This document shows, piece by piece, positions 1 to 9,147 of a stretch of DNA of 64,000 nucleotides. The stretch lies in the NCBI GenBank assembly GCA_903892565.1, contig CAITIX010000353.1, forward strand, positions 19,245 to 83,244, read 5' to 3'. The DNA comes from an uncultured Acidobacteriia bacterium (lineage in GTDB: Bacteria; Acidobacteriota; Terriglobia; Bryobacterales; Bryobacteraceae). The notes below the pieces were generated by a model, which did no database searches, was not told the origin of the DNA, and saw only the letters and a program-made list of their open reading frames with translations. Numbering within the stretch: the stretch's first letter is position 1; each line of letters opens with the position of its first letter. The position numbers were made by a program, and so were the translations under genes.

Positions 1-311
1 GGATGCGGGCCGGCACGGCCACGAAGCTCGTCCTGAACATGATCAGCACGGCCGTCATGATCCGGCTGGGGCATGTCTACGGCAACCTGATGGTGAACGT
101 GCAACCGGGAAATTCGAAGCTGAAGGATCGCGCCCGGAGGATTATCGAGCGCGTCACCGGAGTCTCGTCCGTGCGCGCTGCGGAGCTGCTCGAACTGGCG
201 GGAAACAGTGTCCGCGTGGCGATCGTGATGGAAAATAGGAAGGTCCCTCGGGAGGACGCCGAAGGTTTGCTTGCGGCGGCAGGCGGCCGTATTCGAGAAG
301 CCCTGAAATAA
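1..311 (+). CDS. murQ: N-acetylmuramic acid 6-phosphate etherase, C-terminal fragment (gene continues beyond left edge)
   Basis: The frame is open from the window edge to the stop at 309-311. GTATKLVLNMISTAVMIRLGHVYGNLMVNVQ..NSKLKDRARRI resembles the conserved C-terminal part of MurQ/SIS etherases. Confidence 0.75.
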   Translation, partial: MRAGTATKLVLNMISTAVMIRLGHVYGNLMVNVQPGNSKLKDRARRIIERVTGVSSVRAAELLELAGNSVRVAIVMENRKVPREDAEGLLAAAGGRIREALK

Positions 312-326
312 CGGGAGGAAATCAAC

Positions 327-698
327 ATGAGCATTCCGCACAAAACGCACAGCCCCGGATTCGTGGCCTTGGTGAATGAGGCCAAGACACGCGTGAGCGA
401 GATCGCCGCCGAGGATTGCCGCAATATCGACGGGCTCCTGATCGACACGCGCGAAGATCACGAGTGGAGCGACGCGCACGCTGCCGGAGCGACGCACCTC
501 AGCCGCGGCATCCTCGAACGCGACATCGAAACCGTGGTGCCAAATAAGGCTACAAAGATCGTCCTCTACTGCGGCGGCGGATATCGCTCGGCGCTGGCGG
601 CAGATTCGCTGGCGAAAATGGGCTACACGAATGTTTGGTCGCTCGCGGGCGGCTGGCGAGCGTGGCAGGAAGCCGGATTGCCCGTCGTCAAGGATTAG
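327..698 (+). CDS. single-domain rhodanese-like sulfurtransferase
   Basis: 123 aa. The ATG is preceded by GGGAGGA at good spacing. Rhodanese active-site loop LYCGGGYRS (Cys-X5-Arg type). Confidence 0.8.
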   Translation: MSIPHKTHSPGFVALVNEAKTRVSEIAAEDCRNIDGLLIDTREDHEWSDAHAAGATHLSRGILERDIETVVPNKATKIVLYCGGGYRSALAADSLAKMGYTNVWSLAGGWRAWQEAGLPVVKD

Positions 699-746
699 TT
701 AGAACCCCGTCCCGTGAGGGCGGGGATACAAGGGACCACCAATACT

Positions 747-1445
747 ATGGCCACCGCAACCTATCTCACAAAAGCCACGCTGGATTTTCTGAAACAGCTG
801 AAAACCCACAACGATCGCGATTGGTTCCTGGCCAACAAAGATCGTTACGAAAAGCACGTGCGCGATCCTTTTTTGCTGCTGATTGCCGATCTTGCGCCCG
901 CCTTCGAGAAGGCCAAGCTTCCGTATATCGCCGATCCACGCCCGAACGGCGGTTCGATGATGCGCATCTACCGTGACATCCGTTTCGCGAAAGACAAGAG
1001 CCCTTACAAGACCGCGATTGCCGCTCATTTCGCGCACCAAGAAGGCAAGGACAACGCGGCGCCGGGATTCTATCTCCACATTCAGCCTGGCCAATCGATG
1101 ATCGGCGGCGGAGTGTGGCGGCCGGAGCCGAAGGCGCTCAAAAAGATTCGGGACGCGATTGCTGCCGATCCCAAAGCCTGGCACAAAGCGACCAGCCCGC
1201 TGCGCGCAGGCGCTCACAAAATGGGCTCGGCCTGTGGACTCATCGGTGAGTCGCTCACGCGGCCTCCCGCGGGATTTCCGGCGGATCTTCCCTCGATCGA
1301 AGACATCAAGCGGAAGGATTTCGCCATCAGCTCTCCGCTCTCTGATGCCGAAGTCACAAGCCCCGGCTTCAACAAATTGGTCTTGGAGCGATTCCGCGCC
1401 AGCGCCCCGTTCCTGGAGTTTTTGGCGAAAGCGGTCGGGCTCTAG
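747..1445 (+). CDS. DUF2461 (TIGR02453) family protein
   Basis: ORF 714..1445. LDFLKQLKTHNDRDWF, YRDIRFAKDKSPYK and GFYLHIQPG..GGGVW follow the DUF2461 pattern. ATG 747 is preferred over GTG 714. Confidence 0.7.
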   Translation: MATATYLTKATLDFLKQLKTHNDRDWFLANKDRYEKHVRDPFLLLIADLAPAFEKAKLPYIADPRPNGGSMMRIYRDIRFAKDKSPYKTAIAAHFAHQEGKDNAAPGFYLHIQPGQSMIGGGVWRPEPKALKKIRDAIAADPKAWHKATSPLRAGAHKMGSACGLIGESLTRPPAGFPADLPSIEDIKRKDFAISSPLSDAEVTSPGFNKLVLERFRASAPFLEFLAKAVGL

Positions 1446-1690
1446 GGCAGCCCGCATGTCCACTGTGGCATGAAGTCGGCGGGAATATCCGCAAATTTTC
1501 GTGCTTCTAGCAATGCTGACGCCTGCGCATCCTCAAGATTCATGCAGGTGCCGATCCAACGGATGCGGTCGTCTCGCTTGTCCCTCACACGGAATTCAAA
1601 CACGGGCGCGCAACGTTTGGGGAGCTTGCGCACGTCAAGCCGCAGATCTCCGTAATCGGCGAAATAGAACTCGGCGGTATCCGGCGGCAT
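1442..1690 (-). CDS. hypothetical small protein (82 aa)
   Basis: This is the only sizeable ORF in this gap. It has an ATG start and a 4-nt convergent overlap with the DUF2461 stop. No recognisable family, so it may be spurious. Confidence 0.35.
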   Translation of the reverse strand: MPPDTAEFYFADYGDLRLDVRKLPKRCAPVFEFRVRDKRDDRIRWIGTCMNLEDAQASALLEARKFADIPADFMPQWTCGLP

Positions 1691-1766
1691 TTTTCGTTAG
1701 CCTAGCACCCCAGTAGGATGCCATGGAACATCGCGCGGAGCTTGTCGCAACGAAATCGTTGGTATC

Positions 1767-1884
1767 TCCCCTCCTTCACAGTCGGGGTTCGGTGCCGATT
1801 CTGCGAAAAGGCCGGTTTGATCATCGTATTCAGCACCGAACCGCGACCGTAAGGGAGCGGACAAGATCATTGCGTTTGCTTTGC
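1767..1884. repeat. copy A of a conserved long-hairpin element; partner copy at 51260..51367 in inverted orientation
   Basis: A 29-nt block TCCCCTCCTTCACAGTCGGGGTTCGGTGC is identical to the reverse complement of 51339..51367. A 56-nt 3' block (TTCAGCACCGAACCGCGACCGTAAGGGAGCGG...GTTTGCTTTGC) matches its partner at 49/56. The two arms pair as a stem of about 18 bp around a non-conserved centre. Confidence 0.85.
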
Positions 1885-1984
1885 AATCGACGATGAGTGG
1901 TCTAGAATCCCCTACAGGCGTTAGCATGAAAGTATGGGATCTCACCTCTCCATGCCCGGCCCCGAGCGCCGCCGGCGTCTGCAT

Positions 1985-3880
1985 ATGGTTTCCCAACAGC
2001 AGCTCAAAGAATTGCGCCCTGCGATCGACTCGGCACTTTCCGCTTCGGCCGAGGCACTCACCGCACTGCAGCATCGCGATGGCTACTGGTGCGCGGAGTT
2101 GCTCGCCGATAGCACCCTCGAATCGGATTACGTACTGCTGCAGCTGTGGCTGCATCCCCCTGTTGACGGAGTCTGGGCGCCTCCTTCGCAGAAGCGCGTC
2201 GAAAAGGCCTGCAAATCTATACTCGATCGGCAACTCGCCGATGGTGGCTGGAATATTTATCCACAAGGTCCTTCCGAGATCAACGCGACCGTGCGCGCCT
2301 ACACGGCGTTAAAGCTAGGAGGACATTCCACCACGGCGCCGTACATGCTCAAGGCGCTGGAACGAACTCTCGCGCTCGGTGGCCTGCAAGCGTGCAATAG
2401 CTACACGAAGATCAACTTCAGCCTGTTTGATCTATTCCCGAAGAAGTACGCGCCGAGCGTACCACCGGAAATCGTAATGCTTCCCGCGGACGTCCTCTAC
2501 GAGATGTCTTCCTGGTCGCGCGCCATCGTGGTGCCATTGTCGATCGTGCAGGCGATCGGCTTGCCGCGCTCGGCGCCCGAAGGCTTCAACGTCGATGAGC
2601 TCTACAAGCCCAACGTGAAGCTGAAGCTGCCATCGCGTGGACGGCTCGGAGTCTTGTTTTCTCATCTGGACAAAGCGCTGAAGCTGTGGGAGCGCAAGGG
2701 ATTCAAGAACGTCCGCATGGCCGCCCTGCGCGAGGCCGAGCACTGGATGCTGGATCGCACGCGTTATGCCGATGGCCTGGGCGCGATTTATCCCTCGATG
2801 ATGTACCTCATCATGGCGCTCGATTCGCTCAACTACGCCGAGGATCATCCGGACCGCATCGCGGCGATCAAAGTATTCGAAGATCTCATCATCGAGACCG
2901 AAGATCGTTTCCAGTTTCAGCCCTGCTACTCGCCCATCTGGGATACGTCGTACGCTGCGTTCGCACTGGGGGAAATCGGCAATGCGGATCAAGCCGCCAT
3001 GCGGAAATCCGCCGACTGGATGCTGGATCGCGAATGCCGCCGCAAAGGCGATTGGTCCGTGAAGCGCCCTGGACTCGAACCCAGCGGCTGGGCCTTTGAA
3101 TTCGCCAACGAGCATTATCCCGACATCGACGACACAGCTCAGGTGCTGTTGGCGCTCATGCACGCAAAAGCCTCCGACCCCGCGCGTCAAGAGCGTGTAG
3201 AACGCCGCGCCGTCAACTGGCTGCTCGGCATGCAATCGCGCGATGGTGGTTGGGCGGCGTTCGACGTGGATTGCGATTGGAAGCTGCTCGATAAAGTTCC
3301 GTTCGCCGACCACAACGCCATGCTCGATCCGTCGTGCCCCGATATCACGGGCCGTGTTCTCGAAGCACTCACCCGCCGTGGGCTCACGATGGAACATCCC
3401 GCCATTCAGCGTGGCGTTCAATTCTTACTGGAGCACCAGGAAGACAACGGCAGTTGGTACGGACGCTGGGGCGTGAACTACGTCTACGGAACGTTCCTCG
3501 CCGTGCGCGGGCTGGAATCATCACACGCACCGGCGGCTCGCCCAGCGATGGCCAGAGCTGTGGAATGGGTGAAGTCCGTGCAGAACGCCGATGGCGGATG
3601 GGGCGAATCCTGCGCCAGCTATCCCAAGGGCCGTTTCATCTCGGCCGAGAGCACCGCATCGCAGACTGCCTGGGGATTGCTAACGCTCGCGGCTTGTGGC
3701 GATAAGTCCTCGGACTCTGTCGCCAGGGGCGTCCGCTACCTGCTCGACACGCAGAAGCCCAGCGGCGATTGGGACGAGAACCTCGCCACGGGCACTGGCT
3801 TCCCAGGCGTGTTCTATTTGACGTACAAGATGTATCGTCACTATTTCCCGATTCTCGCACTGACGACGATGCGGACTTAG
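1985..3880 (+). CDS. shc: squalene-hopene cyclase
   Basis: ORF 1934..3880. Catalytic DxDD motif (YPDIDDTAQV), repeated QW-like motifs (DGGW/DGSW) and N-terminal QHRDGYW. ATG 1985 was chosen by comparing N-terminal length with known SHCs. Confidence 0.92.
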   Translation: MVSQQQLKELRPAIDSALSASAEALTALQHRDGYWCAELLADSTLESDYVLLQLWLHPPVDGVWAPPSQKRVEKACKSILDRQLADGGWNIYPQGPSEINATVRAYTALKLGGHSTTAPYMLKALERTLALGGLQACNSYTKINFSLFDLFPKKYAPSVPPEIVMLPADVLYEMSSWSRAIVVPLSIVQAIGLPRSAPEGFNVDELYKPNVKLKLPSRGRLGVLFSHLDKALKLWERKGFKNVRMAALREAEHWMLDRTRYADGLGAIYPSMMYLIMALDSLNYAEDHPDRIAAIKVFEDLIIETEDRFQFQPCYSPIWDTSYAAFALGEIGNADQAAMRKSADWMLDRECRRKGDWSVKRPGLEPSGWAFEFANEHYPDIDDTAQVLLALMHAKASDPARQERVERRAVNWLLGMQSRDGGWAAFDVDCDWKLLDKVPFADHNAMLDPSCPDITGRVLEALTRRGLTMEHPAIQRGVQFLLEHQEDNGSWYGRWGVNYVYGTFLAVRGLESSHAPAARPAMARAVEWVKSVQNADGGWGESCASYPKGRFISAESTASQTAWGLLTLAACGDKSSDSVARGVRYLLDTQKPSGDWDENLATGTGFPGVFYLTYKMYRHYFPILALTTMRT

Positions 3881-3894
3881 TTCGAATTGAGAAC

Positions 3895-4287
3895 TCAGTC
3901 GATGAGCGCGCGCCCCTTGGCCGTATCGATATGTTGTTGGAACCGAGTGACCTTCCCGTTGTCGAGTGTCCACACATGGGCAATCTTCACCTCGGCGGGC
4001 TCGCCGGAGCTCTTGCGGTTCCAGCTGTAGGTGCCGAGGGCCACTACCGTATCGCCGTCGGCGACGAACTGAGCGACATGGACGGCGAAATTATCGCCAA
4101 TCTCCCCGAGCCTCATGAACACTCCTTCGACGATCGCTTGGGGACCCACCAATGTGCCGCTGTAAAGCGGCCATCCCTCGGCCTCTGTCCACTCGATCTT
4201 GGGATCCATCCCAGCCAGCACGGCAGGCACCTCACCTTTCGCGAAACTCGCGTAGAGCCCTTGCATGATCTCTTTGTTGGTCGGCAT
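3895..4287 (-). CDS. SnoaL-like / NTF2-fold protein (ketosteroid-isomerase-like)
   Basis: ORF 3895..4329. The internal ATG at 4287 has AGGAGG 7 nt upstream. About 130 aa, with a pattern typical of the SnoaL_2 family (MPTNKEIMQGLYASFAKGE...VAHVWTLDNGKVTRF). Confidence 0.7.
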   Translation of the reverse strand: MPTNKEIMQGLYASFAKGEVPAVLAGMDPKIEWTEAEGWPLYSGTLVGPQAIVEGVFMRLGEIGDNFAVHVAQFVADGDTVVALGTYSWNRKSSGEPAEVKIAHVWTLDNGKVTRFQQHIDTAKGRALID

Positions 4288-4365
4288 AAGAATTCCTCCT
4301 GTCGTACGGTAGTCGGTAGTTTCCCACATTTTGCTTGTCTGTAGTAGCTGGCTGCCGATGCACAG

Positions 4366-5622
4366 CTAGGCCGCAACAGGCTCGTAGGATTGCGGACGGC
4401 TCAGGCCGATCCAAAGCAGCACGCCGATCATGGGCACAATGGCGACGGCCCAGAAGATCCAGTCGTAGTGCATTTGATCGAACCAGCGTCCCGTCAACGG
4501 CAGGATCACCGCGGCTTCGGCAGCCCATGCTCCGGACGCCACTCCCGCGACGCTCGCGGTGCGCTCTCCTGGATACGCGCGAGCTCCCGTGCGCAATCCC
4601 AGCATTTGGAATCCCCCGGTGACGAACATGCACCAGAAAAATAGCGCCAGCACGCCTGCCGTGGTCGCAAGCTCCGTCATGAATCCGAACGGGATCATGC
4701 CCACAGCCAACAAGAGGAACATCTTCACGGGACGATCCTCACCCGGTGCGAAGCGGTCAAAAATCCAACCCCACGCGAAGTATCCGATTTCCCAGCCCAG
4801 CGGCGGAATCCACAAGACTTTGCCTAAATCCGACTGCGAAAGATGCATCACCTTGTTGAGATACAGCGGACTCAAATAGAATACCGGTCCAATGGCGACG
4901 GAACCGAGCGAGTAGCTAGCGATCAACGCCCAAAATCTCTTTTCCATCGGATTCAGCGTCGCGAGCTTGGGCTTTTCTTTCGGCTTGGGCAGCATTGGCG
5001 GCCGCGCGACAAACGCCCAAAGCACGATCCACAACGCCCCAAGCAAACCCGTGATTAAGAACGCCGCGCGCCAGCCATAGGCCTTCGCCACCGGCACAAC
5101 AACGATAGGCGCGAAGATCGCGCCGAGCGATCCTCCGCTATAAGAGATCGCCATGCCGCGCGCTTGCCGGTCTTTGGGCAGTGAATCGATCGACGCGCGG
5201 AAGCCTCCGGGGAACGTGGCTCCTTCGCCTAAACCAAGCAACGCACGGCATAGCGCGAAGCCCGCGAACCCGACCATCCAGGCGTGTGAGGCGCTCGCCA
5301 CGGTCCAGATCAGGACCGCCGCAATCATGCCGAGCCGCAAGCCGATGTAATCCAGCACGGCGCCCCAGATGGGGTTCGCCAACATATATGCGATGGAAAA
5401 CGCCGATACGATTTCGCCATAGCTCTGTGCGTTCAAGCCGACGTCATGCAGAATCGTCGGCGAAAGAACGGCCAGAATCTGGCGATCCACATACGAGAGC
5501 CAGGAGCACAACATCATGGCGCCGCTCGCGACCCACATGCGCCAATCGGTGGCTCGTTCATAGACGCTGGCCGATACAAGCGCGCCCGTCATGCTGGAGC
5601 CTGCCGAGCTAAAAGAAGACAT
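4366..5622 (-). CDS. MFS transporter (anion:cation symporter-like)
   Basis: 418 aa with about 12 predicted hydrophobic helices. MFS signature region LGLRLGMIAAVLIW...ALLGLGEGATFPG. Confidence 0.8.
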   Translation of the reverse strand: MSSFSSAGSSMTGALVSASVYERATDWRMWVASGAMMLCSWLSYVDRQILAVLSPTILHDVGLNAQSYGEIVSAFSIAYMLANPIWGAVLDYIGLRLGMIAAVLIWTVASASHAWMVGFAGFALCRALLGLGEGATFPGGFRASIDSLPKDRQARGMAISYSGGSLGAIFAPIVVVPVAKAYGWRAAFLITGLLGALWIVLWAFVARPPMLPKPKEKPKLATLNPMEKRFWALIASYSLGSVAIGPVFYLSPLYLNKVMHLSQSDLGKVLWIPPLGWEIGYFAWGWIFDRFAPGEDRPVKMFLLLAVGMIPFGFMTELATTAGVLALFFWCMFVTGGFQMLGLRTGARAYPGERTASVAGVASGAWAAEAAVILPLTGRWFDQMHYDWIFWAVAIVPMIGVLLWIGLSRPQSYEPVAA

Positions 5623-5657
5623 ACGGATTCGATGCTAGCACAGCGCGACTGTGCGCC

Positions 5658-6524
5658 TTATTGGGCGCTGTTGTTCGGTTCCGTAACCTGCGATGCGCGG
5701 CTTACACGAAGTTGTTCCGCGATGTCCGCGACGTGATCGTTTAAATGTTCCAGGCGGCGGGCCAGATCCTGGATGCCCATTTCCGCACGACGATTGACGT
5801 CGAAATCCATTTCACCGCGCAGACGATCTTTCGCATCCTGGCGATTCTGGCTCATCATAATCACCGGTGCCTGGATCGACGCGAGCATAGACAGGAACAG
5901 ATTGAGCAGGATGAAAGGGTACGGATCCCAGGCCTTCTGGCCGAGGCCGACGTTGATCCCGGAGTAGACCACCAGCACGATACCGAACGAAATAATGAAC
6001 GCCCACGAGCCACCGAAGCGCGCCACTTCATCCGCGATGCGTTGACCGAACGTTGTCTGTTCTTCAATGATCTCGTTGACGTTTCGCGTGACGCGGCTGC
6101 GAACCAGGTTTTGGGTGGCATGGACATGGCGTCCTAACACGGTCATCAGATCGAGTCCTGCATGTGGCTTGGCCTGGAGCAGCGTAGCAAGATCGTGACG
6201 ATCAATTTCAATGCACACCGTCGGCTCAATCGCTTCCGCCGTTGTCTGATGCGCCGATTCTTCCAGCATCGAAGCCAGCCCGAACATTTCCCCGGCCTCG
6301 GGCTCGGCCAGCAGGACCTCTTGATGGTCTTGATCAATCGTCGTGAGCCGGACTTTGCCTGAAACCATCACGTACGCCCGTCCTCCAGGCTCACCCATTT
6401 TATAGATGCGCTGCGGAGTCGCAAACTCTCTCCGCTCTACCTGGCCGGCGAGCACCGCCAACTCATCATCATCCAACAGTTCAAACAACGCGACATTCTT
6501 CAAGGACTGGGGATCACAAGCCAT
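5658..6524 (-). CDS. cyclic-nucleotide-binding domain fused to a DUF1003-type membrane domain
   Basis: The N-terminal ~130 aa show a cNMP-binding pattern (FELLDDDELAVLAG...GEMFGLASML). The C-terminal part has two TM helices plus SMLASIQAPVIMMSQNRQ..KDR, as in DUF1003. Confidence 0.7.
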   Translation of the reverse strand: MACDPQSLKNVALFELLDDDELAVLAGQVERREFATPQRIYKMGEPGGRAYVMVSGKVRLTTIDQDHQEVLLAEPEAGEMFGLASMLEESAHQTTAEAIEPTVCIEIDRHDLATLLQAKPHAGLDLMTVLGRHVHATQNLVRSRVTRNVNEIIEEQTTFGQRIADEVARFGGSWAFIISFGIVLVVYSGINVGLGQKAWDPYPFILLNLFLSMLASIQAPVIMMSQNRQDAKDRLRGEMDFDVNRRAEMGIQDLARRLEHLNDHVADIAEQLRVSRASQVTEPNNSAQ

Positions 6525-6729
6525 CGCTTACCTCGCAGGTCTAGCCAGATTTGGTCTATTCAGCATTCCACAGTAGCTTGTGTCCCGACAATCGGATCAC
6601 ACTCGCTCGGGAAACACAGCCGTAACACGCAGAAACGAAGGTCCTTGTCTGCTCCTTTGTAAATATTTAAAGAACCGTGAGAAGTTTTGACGCGCTTCGA
6701 AACTAACTTGCCGGGAGGATTTGTCCCAT

Positions 6730-7803
6730 ATGCTCACATCCGAACGCAACCGTCTGATTCTCCAGACGCTGCAACAGTTGGAGAAACAATTCGGCAAAGG
6801 AGCCATCGTCCAACTCGGCTCCAACACCGTCCTGCGCGTGGACGTGATCCCCACCGGCGCGATTTCGCTCGATGCCGCTCTTGGCGTGGGCGGATTGCCG
6901 CGAGGCCGCGTCATCGAAATCTTCGGGCCTGAATCGTCGGGCAAGACGACGCTCGCGCTGCACGCGATCGCTCAGGCGCAGGCCCTCGGCGGAACCGCCG
7001 CCTTCATCGACGCCGAGCACGCCCTCGACGCGCAATATGCCAAAGCGCTGGGCGTCGACACCGACAACCTCATCATTTCGCAACCGGATTCCGGAGAACA
7101 GGCGCTCGAAATCACAAACGCTCTGGTATCTTCGAACGTCGTCGACATCATCGTGGTTGACTCCGTCGCGGCCCTCGTACCCAAAGCCGAACTCGAAGGT
7201 GAGATGGGCGATAGCTTCATGGGCTTGCACGCGCGGCTCATGTCCCAGGCGCTGCGGAAGCTTACGGCTGCGCTCTCGCGGGCCAATGGCTGCCTTATCT
7301 TCATTAACCAGATCCGCGAAAAGATCGGCGTGATGTTCGGAAGTCCGGAAACCACCACGGGTGGCCGCGCTTTGAAGTTCTATTCTTCGATCCGCATCGA
7401 CGTTCGCCGGACGGGATCGATCAAAGACGGGGATCAGGCCGTGGGCAATCGTACGCGTATCAAGGTGGTGAAGAACAAAGTTGCCTCTCCCTTCCGCGAG
7501 GTGGAATTGGATATATTGTTCGGCCACGGCATCTCACGCGACGGCGACCTGATCGATTTCGGTGCCGCACAGGAAGTGCTCGAGAAAAGCGGCGCGTGGT
7601 ACAGCTTCGCGGGAGAGCGCATCGGCCAAGGTCGCGATAACGCAATTCGCTTTCTGAAAGAGAATCCTGAGATGCGCGAGCGCTTAGAAGCCGCGGTTCG
7701 GGCAAAAGTCGGCTTGCCCAAGCCACAACTCACACAGGGCAGGCCTCCCGAATCAAAACAGCCGGACGCGCAGGCCGCACGGGCGGGCTCGAAATCGGCG
7801 TAG
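6730..7803 (+). CDS. recA: recombinase RecA
   Basis: Walker [10 protein letters not shown] and highly conserved RecA core ([33 protein letters not shown]). ATG 6730 has GGGAGGA upstream. The track ORF starts at TTG 6721. Confidence 0.97.
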   Translation: MLTSERNRLILQTLQQLEKQFGKGAIVQLGSNTVLRVDVIPTGAISLDAALGVGGLPRGRVIEIFGPESSGKTTLALHAIAQAQALGGTAAFIDAEHALDAQYAKALGVDTDNLIISQPDSGEQALEITNALVSSNVVDIIVVDSVAALVPKAELEGEMGDSFMGLHARLMSQALRKLTAALSRANGCLIFINQIREKIGVMFGSPETTTGGRALKFYSSIRIDVRRTGSIKDGDQAVGNRTRIKVVKNKVASPFREVELDILFGHGISRDGDLIDFGAAQEVLEKSGAWYSFAGERIGQGRDNAIRFLKENPEMRERLEAAVRAKVGLPKPQLTQGRPPESKQPDAQAARAGSKSA

Positions 7804-7855
7804 TGAATGCGGTTGCGTCAATCTGTGACGTCAGTACGCACGTTTATAAATAGCT

Positions 7856-9079
7856 TCAATGCATGATCTCGTTCTTGGGAGCGAGCCCCACATTCAAGCC
7901 GAGCGCCAGGCAGGATCCGGCCGCGATCACCGCGACCATCGGGATAGACGTGCCGTTATCCAAACCGCTCACAAGCATGCCGCCTGCGCCACCAATCGCA
8001 AATTGCAGGCAGCCGAGCATGGCCGAAGCATTCCCGGCAATCTTGCCGTGGGGAGCCAACGCCAGCGCCGTCGCATTCGGCGATGCAAAGCCAAGACAGG
8101 CGATCGACACAAATAGCAACGCAAGCAAGCCTGCAAATCCGCCGAACTGCATCCACTGGCTCGCGAATAGCGCAAGCCCGGATGCTGCGGAAACAAAGAG
8201 GGTCGCGCGTAGGATCCGGGCGGGCTGCATGCGCCGCACCAGATAACCGTTCACCTGCGAAGCGCCGATCAATCCCGCGGCGATCATCCCGAAGAACAGG
8301 CCGAAGCGATCCGCGGAAATGTGATTGAGTTCGATAAACACTAACGGCGACCCCTCCAGATAGGCGAAGAGCCCCGCCATCACGAGGCTCCCGGAAAGCG
8401 CGTGCACCAGAAAGACCCGGTCGCCGAGCAAGGTGCCATACAACTGCAAGACGCTCGAAATGCGGACCGGCTTGCGCTGCTCGGGCGGCAAGGTTTCTTT
8501 GAGAAAGAGCGCGACGCTCACCAAGCACCCAATTCCCAGCGCGATCACGAACCAGAACGTCGCACGCCAGCTTGCGTGCACTACTAGATATCCACCGACA
8601 ATCGGCGCGACCACGGGCGAAACGCCGATCACCAGCATCAGAAACGAAAACATCCGCGCCGCTTCGCGCGGAGGGAAATAGTCGCGGACCACGGTACGGG
8701 AGATCAACGTTGCGGCGCATCCACCGACGGCTTGAAAAAAGCGCAGGACAGTCAGCATCACGATATTCGTCGAATAGGCGCAGCCGACGGCGCTTACGAT
8801 GAAAAGCACCAGTCCGAAGTACAGCGGAGGTTTCCGCCCGTAACTATCCGCGAACGGTCCGTAGAACAACTGCCCCAGCGATAGGCCGACGAAGTAGACG
8901 GCCAGCGTGGCTTCCACTTCGCCCACCGTTGTATGGAACGTTTCCGCAATCGCGGGAAACGCCGGCAGATATGTGTCGATGGAGAATGGCCCGAGCGCAG
9001 CGAGTGCCCCCAGCAGAAAAATTAGCCAGAACATCTTGCGTGGAGCTTGGGCGATTGTTTCTTCAGAAGCGCGTACCAT
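7856..9079 (-). CDS. MFS drug-resistance transporter, Bcr/CflA subfamily
   Basis: SIDTYLPAFPAIAETF and GPFADSYGRKPPL motifs, 12 TM helices. The start is uncertain (candidates at 9127, 9079 and 9034). Confidence 0.8.
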   Translation of the reverse strand: MVRASEETIAQAPRKMFWLIFLLGALAALGPFSIDTYLPAFPAIAETFHTTVGEVEATLAVYFVGLSLGQLFYGPFADSYGRKPPLYFGLVLFIVSAVGCAYSTNIVMLTVLRFFQAVGGCAATLISRTVVRDYFPPREAARMFSFLMLVIGVSPVVAPIVGGYLVVHASWRATFWFVIALGIGCLVSVALFLKETLPPEQRKPVRISSVLQLYGTLLGDRVFLVHALSGSLVMAGLFAYLEGSPLVFIELNHISADRFGLFFGMIAAGLIGASQVNGYLVRRMQPARILRATLFVSAASGLALFASQWMQFGGFAGLLALLFVSIACLGFASPNATALALAPHGKIAGNASAMLGCLQFAIGGAGGMLVSGLDNGTSIPMVAVIAAGSCLALGLNVGLAPKNEIMH

Positions 9080-9147
9080 CGAAGAAACAAGTATAGGCCT
9101 TGTGCCGAAGTCTTTTTGCCGCGGCAATGCACAGGTGCACGACGAAA

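Noticed and set aside
6525-6729. LexA/SOS box upstream of recA
   Set aside because: I looked for GTTC-N7-GTTC (reported for Acidobacterium), CTGT-N8-ACAG and GAAC-N4-GTTC. Only a partial GAACCGTGAGAAGTT was seen, with no convincing site.
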